Shown here in pieces: positions 1 to 9,533 of a stretch of 64,000 nt of DNA; the stretch's first letter is position 1; the number at the start of each line of letters is the position of its first letter. The stretch is taken from the NCBI GenBank assembly GCA_964512985.1, contig CAZELI010000004.1, positions 17,782 to 81,781 of the forward strand, given 5' to 3'. Position numbers and translations under genes: made by a program. A model generated the notes under the pieces. The model searched no databases. It saw nothing but the letters and a program-made list of their open reading frames with translations, and was not told where the DNA came from. Source of the DNA: an uncultured Gammaproteobacteria bacterium (lineage in GTDB: Bacteria > Cyanobacteriota > Vampirovibrionia > LMEP-6097).

Positions 1-127
1 GCAGCTTAAGCTTTGTTTGACCTCGCTTGAAGTAATAATTAGCTTCTTGTTTGGGGCTTGTGAAATCTGCTTGAGCTGGTAAAGAAAGACTTATGACGAT
101 TATAATGAGGCTAAATATTTTTAACAT
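1..127 (-). CDS. Partial secreted TPR-like protein (runs off window start)
   Basis: ATG at 127 with GAAGGGAG RBS; translates MLKIFSLIIIVISLSLPAQA (signal peptide) DFTSPKQEANYYFKRG, a TPR-like start. Confidence 0.55.
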   Translation of the reverse strand, partial: MLKIFSLIIIVISLSLPAQADFTSPKQEANYYFKRGQTKLKL

Positions 128-147
128 GATGAACTCCCTTCAGAAAC

Positions 148-177
148 AAAAAATCTCCCACTTGGAGAGATTTTTTT
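148..177. terminator. Probable intrinsic, possibly bidirectional, terminator
   Basis: AAAAAATCTC...GAGATTTTTT inverted repeat with A/T tails on both sides. Confidence 0.55.
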
Positions 178-198
178 AGTTACTTATAGAAAGTAACC

Positions 199-363
199 GG
201 GAGTTTATCAATCGTAACTAGACGACTACTGTAATCTTTAAGCCGGGGCTCTGGACATACATCACAATCTCCCGGCTATAAAACCGGGAGATGCGTTTTT
301 ACGGTCAGCATCTCTGTGACCGCTAGTTACGAGGCGATAAAACCCCAGAGCTATTGCTAGCTC
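199..363 (-). ncRNA. Candidate structured ncRNA, reminiscent of c4/CI-type antisense RNAs
   Basis: Nested stems 199-209/336-346, 212-221/323-332, 267-275/284-292, 302-307/317-322 and 348-353/358-363; promoter upstream and terminator downstream on the - strand. Confidence 0.55.
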
Positions 364-371
364 CATAAATA

Positions 372-401
372 AGAATAGCTTTTATCTAAGTTAAATGACA
401 A
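372..401 (-). promoter_or_regulatory. Sigma70-like promoter for the ncRNA candidate
   Basis: TTGTCA-N18-TATTCT on the - strand. Confidence 0.5.
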
Positions 402-496
402 TAGTAGGATCAAATTGTAATGACCCAATGGGATTGTTAAGCAAATACGAATAGTTCATGGTAGAATTTCAGGCATATAAAAGGAAGGGTTTTCAT

Positions 497-784
497 ATGG
501 TGGATCAGAATCAAAGTAGTAGTAAAGAGAGAAAGTTTTTAAAGCCTCTAAGTATAGCGATTGCTGCTATGTTAACCACAGCTCCGAATGTCGGTGCTTT
601 AGCTCCAATTATGGATAGAGCAAATATTAAAGCTCAACAAACCATCAACAATCAAAAAATAGATTTGACCAATAATCAATTAACCATAGGACCATCAACT
701 AGAACTACAGTAGTAGCTATGCATCAATCTCATTCTTCTCATGTCTCGCATGCTTCTCACCATTCTCATTATTCTGGTAGGTAA
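497..784 (+). CDS. hxsA: His-Xaa-Ser repeat precursor peptide HxsA
   Basis: C-terminal HQSHSSHVSHASHHSHYS; AAGGAAGG RBS before ATG 497; operon context. Confidence 0.9.
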   Translation: MVDQNQSSSKERKFLKPLSIAIAAMLTTAPNVGALAPIMDRANIKAQQTINNQKIDLTNNQLTIGPSTRTTVVAMHQSHSSHVSHASHHSHYSGR

Positions 785-794
785 GGTTTAAGTA

Positions 795-1118
795 ATGTTA
801 TTAGATAATGTCGAGGGCTTTGCGAAGCTATTTTTTTCATTGAATGTATATAGTTTAGAAACTATCAAGAAAGCTGCATATAAGTTTACTGATAAAGCTT
901 CATTCGATTTTATAACTGACAAAAAAGATACTATTGAAGTAAGAATAAATGCAATTGTTGATTTACCATCTATTGAGTTAGATCGCCTTGCTAAACAATT
1001 TAATAATGAGGTATTAGATCAGGATTTACGAGGAATTATTGCAAGTCAAACAGAGGCTACAAGGAATCTTATTTTAGCTCAAGCCTTCTCTAGAACTGAT
1101 CTATTGAATAATGAGTAA
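795..1118 (+). CDS. hxsD: His-Xaa-Ser system protein HxsD
   Basis: YSLETIKKAAYKF and FNNEVLDQDLR...TRNLILAQAFS motifs. Confidence 0.9.
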   Translation: MLLDNVEGFAKLFFSLNVYSLETIKKAAYKFTDKASFDFITDKKDTIEVRINAIVDLPSIELDRLAKQFNNEVLDQDLRGIIASQTEATRNLILAQAFSRTDLLNNE

Positions 1119-2601
1119 GATGTCATCAACAATTACCAAATCTTCTAAATTTAAAAGTTTATCAGAGTATAATCAGGAACCGAATTTAACCTACGAACTC
1201 TTGCCATTTAGATTTATTAAATTAGATGATACACGGTACGTTCTTACGAATGAAGTTGGGGAATTTTTATTACTTGATAGAGAAACTTTAGTTGATTTTG
1301 TACATAGAAAACTAGAGCCAAATTCTTCTATATACAATGATTTGAAATCAAGACATATGTTAATTGATTCTGATTCAAATGTTGCATTAGATTTACTTGC
1401 ACTTAAGTATAGAACTAAGATGCAGTTTGTCGAAAATTTCACAAGCTTACATCTTTTCATAACTACCTTACGTTGTGACCATTCATGTCCTTACTGCCAG
1501 GTTTCTAGACAAAGTGAAGATAGGTTAGCCTTTGATATGACCACCGAAATTGCTGATAAAGGTATTGAGTTTACTTTTCGTAGTCCTTCACCATCAATAA
1601 AAATAGAATTTCAAGGTGGAGAATCTCTTCTTAACTTTGATCTAATCAAATATATTGTATCGAAGGCAAAAGAAAAAAATGAAATTGCACAAAAAGAACT
1701 TGGGTTTGTTATAGCAACAAATCTATCTCAGGTAACAGATGAAATTTTAGAATATTGCCATGAACATAGTATTTTAATTTCTACTTCTTTAGATGGACCG
1801 GAAGATTTACACAATAAGAATAGACCAAGACCTGGTAATGATAGCTATCAAAAAACTATAGAAGGTATTAATAAGGTCAAGGAATTTTTAGGACCAGATC
1901 AAGTCTCAGCATTAATGACAACGACGCTTGCTAGTCTATCCAGACCTAAAGAAATTATAGATGAATATATAAGACAAGGATTCAGATCAATTTTCCTTAG
2001 GTCCCTTTCTCCATATGGCTTTGCTATTAAAACAAAAAGTTATGATTTATACGATACCGATACTTGGCTAGATTTTTATAAAGAGGGGCTTGATTATATA
2101 ATTCAGCTTAATAAGGATGGCTTTTTCTTTGTTGAAGAATACACTTCATTAATTCTAAATAGGATGCTTACGCCTCTAGGCACTGGCTATGTTGATTTAC
2201 AATCCCCTGCTGGAGTTGGTATTAGTGTAATTGTTTTTAATTATGATGGTGATATATATGCTTCTGATGAGTCAAGGATGCTTGCAGAGATGGGTGAGAC
2301 AAAATTTAAGCTAGGTAATTTGCTCAATAACACTTATGAAGAGATTATGCTCTCCGATACTTTACTAGATACCTTGGAATCATCTATAGCTGAAAGCGTT
2401 CCTATGTGTAATGATTGTGGATTTCAACCTTATTGTGGTAGTGAACCTGTTTATCACTATGCAACCCAAAAAGATATTATTGGTAATAAGATGCTTAGTG
2501 GCTTTTGCAAAAAGAATATGACAATATTCAAGCATCTTATAACTCTGTTATCAGATGATAAGGAAGCTCGGGAAATATTAATGAGGTGGATTAGAGTTTA
2601 A
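1111..2601 (+). CDS. hxsB: His-Xaa-Ser system radical SAM maturase HxsB
   Basis: LLPFRF N-terminus; CDHSCPYCQVS radical SAM motif; IEFQGGE; C-terminal CxxCxxxxxC cluster. Confidence 0.92.
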   Translation: MSKMSSTITKSSKFKSLSEYNQEPNLTYELLPFRFIKLDDTRYVLTNEVGEFLLLDRETLVDFVHRKLEPNSSIYNDLKSRHMLIDSDSNVALDLLALKYRTKMQFVENFTSLHLFITTLRCDHSCPYCQVSRQSEDRLAFDMTTEIADKGIEFTFRSPSPSIKIEFQGGESLLNFDLIKYIVSKAKEKNEIAQKELGFVIATNLSQVTDEILEYCHEHSILISTSLDGPEDLHNKNRPRPGNDSYQKTIEGINKVKEFLGPDQVSALMTTTLASLSRPKEIIDEYIRQGFRSIFLRSLSPYGFAIKTKSYDLYDTDTWLDFYKEGLDYIIQLNKDGFFFVEEYTSLILNRMLTPLGTGYVDLQSPAGVGISVIVFNYDGDIYASDESRMLAEMGETKFKLGNLLNNTYEEIMLSDTLLDTLESSIAESVPMCNDCGFQPYCGSEPVYHYATQKDIIGNKMLSGFCKKNMTIFKHLITLLSDDKEAREILMRWIRV

Positions 2602-2604
2602 ATC

Positions 2605-3765
2605 ATGCTTAATCTAGCTACAAAAGATATACGCTCCCTTACTAAAGTCACTTTAGAAGATAGTTTCATTGCTAAGTTAACAACAAACCAACTGGCTCCA
2701 TTACCTCTTAAAGAGAAGCAAATTCTCTTAGTAAAGCCTGAAACTACAATTCAGAAGGGCTATAAAGCATATTTTGTCTTTGAGGATGATGCGATTGCAA
2801 TTGACAACTTTGACGTTGATAATGTTTTTGTACTACCAAATGACCAATACTATCTCGATGATGGAGATGTAATCAAATTTGAGCCACGAGGTTTAAGATT
2901 AAAGTCTATATATAGAAAGAACTCTAACCATAATGCAATGTTAGTAACTGAGCGTTGTAATAATTATTGCTTGATGTGTTCTCAGCCACCAAAAGATATT
3001 AATGATAGTTATATTGTTAATGAACTTTTAGAAGCCATTCCTCTCTTTGATAGAACCACCAAGGAAGTAGGTATCACTGGTGGTGAGCCAACTCTGCTAG
3101 GTGATGACTTACTAAAAATCCTCAATACCTGTAAAAACTATTTGCCAGAGACAGCTTTACATATGCTGTCTAATGGTAGGAATTTCGCAAATATAGGTTT
3201 TGCTGAAAAGATAGCGAGTATTAATCATCATGATTTCATGATTGGGATACCCTTATATTCTGATATATCTAATATTCATGATTATGTAGTCCAGGCTGAT
3301 GGTGCTTTTGATGAAACTATAAGAGGGATTATAAATCTAAAAAAATATGGACAACGAGTCGAGATTAGAGTTGTTATTCATAAGCAAACATATGAACGAT
3401 TACCTCAACTTGCTGAATTTATAACTCGTAATTTGCTCTTTGTGGATCATGTTGCCTTAATGGGTCTTGAAATGATGGGTTTTACCAAAGCCAATATAGA
3501 TGATCTTTGGATTGATCCTATTGAATATCAATCTCAACTAGTACAAGCAGTTGAAACGTTAGCTAGATTTAGAATGAATGTTTCTGTATATAATCATCAG
3601 CTGTGCCTGCTTGATAAAAAGCTTTGGTCCTTTAATCGTAAAAGTATCTCTGATTGGAAAAATGAATATATGCCAGAGTGCGAGCCTTGTACCAAGAAAG
3701 AAGAGTGTGGTGGTTTCTTCAGTTCGGCAAAGCTCAGATATAGTGAATACATTAAACCCTTATGA
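2605..3765 (+). CDS. hxsC: His-Xaa-Ser system radical SAM maturase HxsC
   Basis: TERCNNYCLMCSQPP; ITGGEPT; SISDWKN..C..C....CGGFF. Confidence 0.92.
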   Translation: MLNLATKDIRSLTKVTLEDSFIAKLTTNQLAPLPLKEKQILLVKPETTIQKGYKAYFVFEDDAIAIDNFDVDNVFVLPNDQYYLDDGDVIKFEPRGLRLKSIYRKNSNHNAMLVTERCNNYCLMCSQPPKDINDSYIVNELLEAIPLFDRTTKEVGITGGEPTLLGDDLLKILNTCKNYLPETALHMLSNGRNFANIGFAEKIASINHHDFMIGIPLYSDISNIHDYVVQADGAFDETIRGIINLKKYGQRVEIRVVIHKQTYERLPQLAEFITRNLLFVDHVALMGLEMMGFTKANIDDLWIDPIEYQSQLVQAVETLARFRMNVSVYNHQLCLLDKKLWSFNRKSISDWKNEYMPECEPCTKKEECGGFFSSAKLRYSEYIKPL

Positions 3766-4064
3766 ATAAATACACTGCTGTTGTTATAAGTATTGGCATT
3801 CTAGTTTTATCCTCATTAGGAAAAAGCTATCTTGCGATAAAAGAAAAAGAAATTGATGGTCAAAGAGATGCTCAAAGATATGAATTATTTCTCAATCCAA
3901 ATGTTGGTAGGTTTCAATATTTACTTGATAAGAAAACGGGTAAGGTTTGGCAAGCCACAACATATACTGATATAAAAGGGCAACCTACTGTTTGGGCATA
4001 CATGTCTAAAATTGATAATGATGATCAGTTGATAGAGCTTGCAAGATTAAAAGAAGGACTATGA
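3762..4064 (+). CDS. Small exported or membrane-anchored hypothetical protein
   Basis: N-terminal hydrophobic segment; LLDKKTGKVWQ motif; overlaps the hxsC stop. Confidence 0.65.
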   Translation: MNKYTAVVISIGILVLSSLGKSYLAIKEKEIDGQRDAQRYELFLNPNVGRFQYLLDKKTGKVWQATTYTDIKGQPTVWAYMSKIDNDDQLIELARLKEGL

Positions 4065-4390
4065 AACAATATTATGAGACTCATTCTATGAGAATTAATC
4101 GAAGTGATTGTTTCCCCAAGTGGCTTTTTCGGATAGAAGTTATAGCTTTGTTGATAATACTGAGTAGTTGTTCTACATATCACAATAGTTCTGATCAAGC
4201 ATATGATGATGCGTGGGATGAAACTAAAAATGAAATTCGCTATAAGATTGATCCTAACTATAGGGATAAGTACAACGATGCTGAGGCTGAGCGATATGAA
4301 TACGATCAAGGTTGCTATGATGCTGATAGTTCTAATCCTCCGAAAAGTGATACCGAAATGTACATGCAGGGATACGAAGATTGTAACTAA
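4061..4390 (+). CDS. Putative acidic lipoprotein
   Basis: LLIILSSC lipobox; Y/D/E-rich; overlaps the previous stop. Confidence 0.55.
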   Translation: MKQYYETHSMRINRSDCFPKWLFRIEVIALLIILSSCSTYHNSSDQAYDDAWDETKNEIRYKIDPNYRDKYNDAEAERYEYDQGCYDADSSNPPKSDTEMYMQGYEDCN

Positions 4391-4615
4391 CTACCATAGT
4401 TATATGACATTCCAACATTATTACAAGGGAAAAATGCTAACTCTGCAGAGCTTTTAAGTTGGAAATCGTTGACATTTATAATCATCGCATGAAGATGGTG
4501 AAATCTCGGTTCAAGTTTTTATAAGACCTTAAATTCAGGTACAATACAGACCTTGCGACTTTATGCATCTTTTCAAAATAGCTTGGTGATTAATTTGTGA
4601 TAAGATTCTTCTTTA

Positions 4616-5512
4616 ATGAAAATCAGACTAATACTGTCTTTTATTGTTTTTGTATTTTTTTGCCAAGGATGTTCCAGTCCCGTACTACTCAACAAAGGTA
4701 AGCAACTCATAAAAGAACAAAAGTATTCTGAAGCTATAGCTTTATATACAAATCTGATTAATGAAAATAAATTTATTGCTGATGCATACTGTGATCGCTC
4801 TAAAGCCTATATGCTCTCAAAATCTTTAGATCTTGCATTATTAGATTCTGAAAAATTAGAAGAAATCGAAGGGTTGACCCCTAGGGTACTGTCTCTTAAG
4901 GGACGCATATTAGCAGAAAAAAACTATATGAGTACTGATGCAATTAATCTCTGTAAAGAGTCTCTTCGGAAGGACAAGAAAAATTTTGACGGATACTTAT
5001 GCCTTTATGACATATATTATTTAAAATATGATCTTCCACAGACATTATATTGGTTAGATGAAGGTCTAAAGTATTTTCCGAACAATATTGAACTACTTAC
5101 ACGTAAAGCTAATACTTATACACTTCATCATTTGGATAATGAGAGTATAAAAATTGTCGAACGGATTCTATCACTAAATCAGAAAGATAGTAAAGCTGCT
5201 GCGAGTCTTTCTCTCTTTGGGCATACATTTGTTTCAAAGGCTAATGGGGATTATAATTTATGTATTAAGTACTCTGATTCTGCTATAAAATTATTACCAA
5301 AATTTAAACATGAATATAATTGGAATCCATATTATGACAAGGCGTTGTGTCAAGCTCAGTCAGGCTTATTGGAAGAGGCCTTAGAAACAATAAACGCCTC
5401 TTTTGTAAATGTTAATAATGGACAAATGCTTGCTGACTTATATGAGCTTAGAGCAAGTGTCTATTATAATATTCGTAAAGATAGTGCCACAGTATCTCCC
5501 GAGGTCTTTTAG
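4616..5512 (+). CDS. TPR-repeat lipoprotein
   Basis: Lipobox-like FCQGC; multiple TPR-like helical repeats. Confidence 0.75.
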   Translation: MKIRLILSFIVFVFFCQGCSSPVLLNKGKQLIKEQKYSEAIALYTNLINENKFIADAYCDRSKAYMLSKSLDLALLDSEKLEEIEGLTPRVLSLKGRILAEKNYMSTDAINLCKESLRKDKKNFDGYLCLYDIYYLKYDLPQTLYWLDEGLKYFPNNIELLTRKANTYTLHHLDNESIKIVERILSLNQKDSKAAASLSLFGHTFVSKANGDYNLCIKYSDSAIKLLPKFKHEYNWNPYYDKALCQAQSGLLEEALETINASFVNVNNGQMLADLYELRASVYYNIRKDSATVSPEVF

Positions 5513-5541
5513 TATGATGCCAATATTTCTTTCAAATAAAT

Positions 5542-6807
5542 ATGATTAATCCTGTTACGCTTCTTTTTGATAAATCTTTTTTACAGTCACTAACCGTAGA
5601 TGAATCCGTATGGCTTGATGCCTTTTTTATGACTAATATTTGTCCTTATTTTTATGTCGAAACATTAGCTGATTTAAATAAGGAGAGATGCAAAGATGGA
5701 GCCAAAGCAGAAGTTAAAAAAATTGCTATGAAGTTTCCGGACAAGAATAGTTACCCAAATATTTTTCACATTACTTTATGTGTGAATGAACTATTGGGTC
5801 ATGGAGTCTCAATGAAAGGACAAGTTATAACTTATCCAGCTCGCAAATTTAATAATAATGGTGAGGTTGGCTTCGCTTCAGATTCTTCGCCTGAGAATGA
5901 AGCATTTCTAAGATGGCAAGAGGGGAAATATCTAGAAATCGAACAGGAGCAAGCAAAAAATTGGAGATCTTTAGTAAACTCATTGGATTTGAATAGTATG
6001 GCAAAGTCATTTGAAGTATTTAAAATACAGGAAAAAGTTTGTAAGACACTGGAAGACTGTTATGAACTTGCAAGTATGGTGGTTCATTCCGAAGATTGTA
6101 AATTTGACAGAATGAAACTAGCACTTGATTTTCTTCAAGTAAATGATTCTCTAAGATATAAAATTATGGAAAGATGGAGAATTTATAATTATAAAAATTT
6201 AAAATCCTATGCTCCTTACTTGATATTTGTTTTAAAAATAGAATTATTTTTTCAGATAGCTATAATAAACAGAATTATTGCCCCCGAAAGAAATTCTAAT
6301 CGACTTGATATCAGCTATTTATTTTATTTACCCTTTGTTAAAATTTTTGTATCAAGTGATAAACAACAACTTAAGTGGGGTAAGTTTTTTTTAACAGAGG
6401 ATCAAGAGGTTATCAATGGTAATGATCTTAAAAAAGATCTTGGTGCTCTTAATGAATTTTACAAGAAGACAATTAGTGAAGAAGAAGCTGAAAAAGGCAT
6501 CCTGTCGATTGTTGATGGTCCTCCCGAAAATCGAGAGTTTTTAGTTACGAGATTGTGGGATAAATACTATCCTGGCTGGAAGAAATCTCTAGGCTCAAAT
6601 AAAATTCAAAAATCAAATGAACCATTAGAACGAATATCACAAAATACTAAAAAGCTACTGGAACAAATGGATGATTCATCAATTGATACTCTTGAAGAAT
6701 TTGATCCTGAAAAGCACACTCATATTTATACAAGAAACGTAAGACGTAAGAGGGGTAGTTGGTATCAAGTTGATAAGAGGGTTCCTCCTCGACAACAACA
6801 GGACTAA
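5542..6807 (+). CDS. Hypothetical protein, possible PIN-like N-terminus
   Basis: LLFDKSFLQ start, E in VETLAD, later D..YL and FVSSD, a PIN-like acidic pattern; fold is inferred. Confidence 0.65.
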   Translation: MINPVTLLFDKSFLQSLTVDESVWLDAFFMTNICPYFYVETLADLNKERCKDGAKAEVKKIAMKFPDKNSYPNIFHITLCVNELLGHGVSMKGQVITYPARKFNNNGEVGFASDSSPENEAFLRWQEGKYLEIEQEQAKNWRSLVNSLDLNSMAKSFEVFKIQEKVCKTLEDCYELASMVVHSEDCKFDRMKLALDFLQVNDSLRYKIMERWRIYNYKNLKSYAPYLIFVLKIELFFQIAIINRIIAPERNSNRLDISYLFYLPFVKIFVSSDKQQLKWGKFFLTEDQEVINGNDLKKDLGALNEFYKKTISEEEAEKGILSIVDGPPENREFLVTRLWDKYYPGWKKSLGSNKIQKSNEPLERISQNTKKLLEQMDDSSIDTLEEFDPEKHTHIYTRNVRRKRGSWYQVDKRVPPRQQQD

Positions 6808-6826
6808 GATTGACTCTGATGAGTAA

Positions 6827-7399
6827 TTAAAGGCGAGTTTCAAGTGAGTGACTATAAAGAGCCATACGTTCCTGAATAACGTAAGTAATCATATCTTTGA
6901 TCTGTTGATTAGCGCCAGTTATAAATACCTTACGGTCGAAATGCTCTTGACCAGCAGCAATTACAACTTTAGCTATGGCTTCATCACCAAAAATAGCAGT
7001 CATAATTTTTACACCTCTAAAACTTAATTTGGTAAGTATATTGTTTTTAATATTAGACTTAAGTCTTTCATTTAAAGGTTCTGCTTGGGATCTAGTTTCT
7101 AGAACTTTACCAAATCTATTTGCAACTATAATAGTCTCTTTGCCTGCTATGGGTTGATTGATGTCTTCATGCAATTCAATTTTGCTATCTAAAATTACCT
7201 GTGGATTTTTTACTGTTGGCTCAGCTAATTTTTGTTTCGAATTATTCTTTCTATCTATTTCATCTAGAAGCAAGAAAAATCTAAGTAGTCTATCTTGGTA
7301 TAGTCGTACTTCTTCCTCTGAAATATCACAACCATATACCTCATCGTAATAGGCTTTTAATTTGCTTTTAGTTGATCCTCTATTCATATAAATTTTCAA
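6827..7399 (-). CDS. Hypothetical protein with STAS-like (DUF4325-type) C-terminal domain
   Basis: FGKVLETRSQA...LSFRGVKIMTAIFGDEAI pattern. Confidence 0.55.
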   Translation of the reverse strand: MKIYMNRGSTKSKLKAYYDEVYGCDISEEEVRLYQDRLLRFFLLLDEIDRKNNSKQKLAEPTVKNPQVILDSKIELHEDINQPIAGKETIIVANRFGKVLETRSQAEPLNERLKSNIKNNILTKLSFRGVKIMTAIFGDEAIAKVVIAAGQEHFDRKVFITGANQQIKDMITYVIQERMALYSHSLETRL

Positions 7400-7424
7400 G
7401 AGTCATATTAATCTTTCCAATAAA

Positions 7425-9062
7425 TTATAATTTATTAGGCAAAATCATAGTCATAACTTCATCAAACGTTTCATCAAAAAATTTATTGCCAATAGGTATT
7501 GAAACTCGCTCATAATCATCATTTATAGCTATAAATGAGGCTTTATCAACAGGAGCCGCAAGGTCTTCTAAAGAAAATTTTCTTGTCTTTAATGCATCAA
7601 AATGAATCTCTACTTTATCGAAATCCAAATAGCGAAAAAAGTAATCACTAAGACCTTTCTCCGTTAAAGTTTTTTTGAGTAATTTACTACCTTCTTTATT
7701 ATGAGTTATTAACAAAGAACTGGTTTTATTTAGAACCAAAATTGGAATAATTTTCTTAGTAGTCAATTGAGATAACTGCGTTTCATGATGCTTCAATTGT
7801 TCAACGCCATTTTTAATCATATCTAACTGTTCTTGTATCTTTTCTATATTATTAAAATCAAAAAATACAGAATGATTATTCAGAACTGTTGATTTTACTT
7901 CTAGAATATATATGACTTCATCAAATTCTATTTCAAAGTCAACTTTTTTGACTTTGCTTTTCACATCATCATCATCAACTCTTTTTACAATGTCAGTTCC
8001 GTAAACTTCTTTTAGTATAGTTTCGACATAATTTTGATAAACTCTACCAAAGTAAGATCTAAAATGACGTCTTGGCTTATCCTTATCCTTGAACTTTTCA
8101 GCATAATAATCATCCAAAAAATCAAATAGTCCCTCATCAAATAGTCGTGTATGCAGTAAATGTGGAGAAGACAATAAATATATAGGCCTCTTATTTATAA
8201 GATTTTCCTTAGGACGAATGAAAGGTTTTTTAGTTGAAGGGTTTATTCTTTTAGTCATTTGTTCCAACTTCGAAAAATCTATTGATTGTGAATTTAATTT
8301 TTTATCTAGTTCTCTATATTCCTGATAATTACAGGATAAATAATGTAGGACTGTATTGTATTTTTCTTCTGAAAACAAATCTGGATTTCTAGCTTTTAAG
8401 TCCTCATCAATCCTAATATCAGTCATATAGCCACTGATAACTCCGGTAGCAATATCCGTTTGAAGATATCGAGCGATTACGAAAGATGTCTGTAAATATT
8501 GCTCTATATTCATACCATATTCTTGAACAAAGAGATCTTTAGGCTTTGGTAATAAAGGCTCAACAACTGAGGTATGAGCAAATTCTCTTGAATAAATCAG
8601 GAACGATTTAGCGACAAGAGCCTTAATGTCTAAATTTTGGTAAAGTAATTGAGTTTTATTAAACAAAGTCATAAATTGGATAAGCCAATATTCTGGGTTT
8701 CCCTTATCTTCCTCATTTTCTTTAACTTGCTGAAATTCTTGATCTAATGGAGCGCTCGAAATACCTTCGTAATATAAGCCAGTTATCTGAGTAAGAATTT
8801 TTCCGGCTTGTAAATCCTTACTTAATAAATATCGCTTATGATCAGTAGCACCAGAATGGAGTAGAAGATATGTAGCATAAGCAAGTCCCTCTAATGTTAT
8901 ATGTTCTTTTGCTTGTTTATCGACAAACGCAAAATTATTCTTAACTCTCTCATCATTATTTCTAGAATAGAATATGAGTTGAGAAGCTTTTGATATCTCG
9001 ATTAAAGCATCACGTAGGTTGCATTGTTTCAAAAAGCTTATTAGTGTTTTCTGTTTATTCAT
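7425..9062 (-). CDS. Hypothetical protein with C-terminal PD-(D/E)XK nuclease-like domain
   Basis: FGRVYQNYV...KVDFEIEFDEVIYILEVKS. Confidence 0.65.
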   Translation of the reverse strand: MNKQKTLISFLKQCNLRDALIEISKASQLIFYSRNNDERVKNNFAFVDKQAKEHITLEGLAYATYLLLHSGATDHKRYLLSKDLQAGKILTQITGLYYEGISSAPLDQEFQQVKENEEDKGNPEYWLIQFMTLFNKTQLLYQNLDIKALVAKSFLIYSREFAHTSVVEPLLPKPKDLFVQEYGMNIEQYLQTSFVIARYLQTDIATGVISGYMTDIRIDEDLKARNPDLFSEEKYNTVLHYLSCNYQEYRELDKKLNSQSIDFSKLEQMTKRINPSTKKPFIRPKENLINKRPIYLLSSPHLLHTRLFDEGLFDFLDDYYAEKFKDKDKPRRHFRSYFGRVYQNYVETILKEVYGTDIVKRVDDDDVKSKVKKVDFEIEFDEVIYILEVKSTVLNNHSVFFDFNNIEKIQEQLDMIKNGVEQLKHHETQLSQLTTKKIIPILVLNKTSSLLITHNKEGSKLLKKTLTEKGLSDYFFRYLDFDKVEIHFDALKTRKFSLEDLAAPVDKASFIAINDDYERVSIPIGNKFFDETFDEVMTMILPNKL

Positions 9063-9080
9063 TCATTAGCGGCGATTCTA

Positions 9081-9449
9081 TCACCATAAACAACCCAATG
9101 ATTTTTTTGAAGATTTAATGGCTTTAAGGACCTCATGATCCATCTGAACTTGTTTCTGGGCAGTTTCTAAAATTTCTGCAATAACATTAAACCTCTTTCC
9201 CTGAGAGAATGCTTCTTCTGTCATTCTTAAAATATCCACCCTCGCAGATATTTTTTTTGCATAATATTTTTCTTTTATTCTTAAATCATTACAAGAAGTT
9301 TCCCTAATTCCAGAATATAAGTTTTTAGTAGTATCCTTAGTTTCTTTAACATCATTTGCTTGACAGATATAAGAATAAGTAAGTAATAGTAATAAAGGGA
9401 TAAGCACTACTTTAAAGTTTCTGATAATCATAACAATAGAGTATAACAT
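9081..9449 (-). CDS. Exported hypothetical protein
   Basis: Signal-peptide-like N-terminus; two conserved-looking Cys. Confidence 0.5.
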   Translation of the reverse strand: MLYSIVMIIRNFKVVLIPLLLLLTYSYICQANDVKETKDTTKNLYSGIRETSCNDLRIKEKYYAKKISARVDILRMTEEAFSQGKRFNVIAEILETAQKQVQMDHEVLKAIKSSKKSLGCLW

Positions 9450-9533
9450 CTAGATTTTTGATGAAAATATGAGTGATAAACAGCAGTTTCTTCGGTAAAT
9501 TCATCATTCATATCCTATTGAATTTTAAATGCA

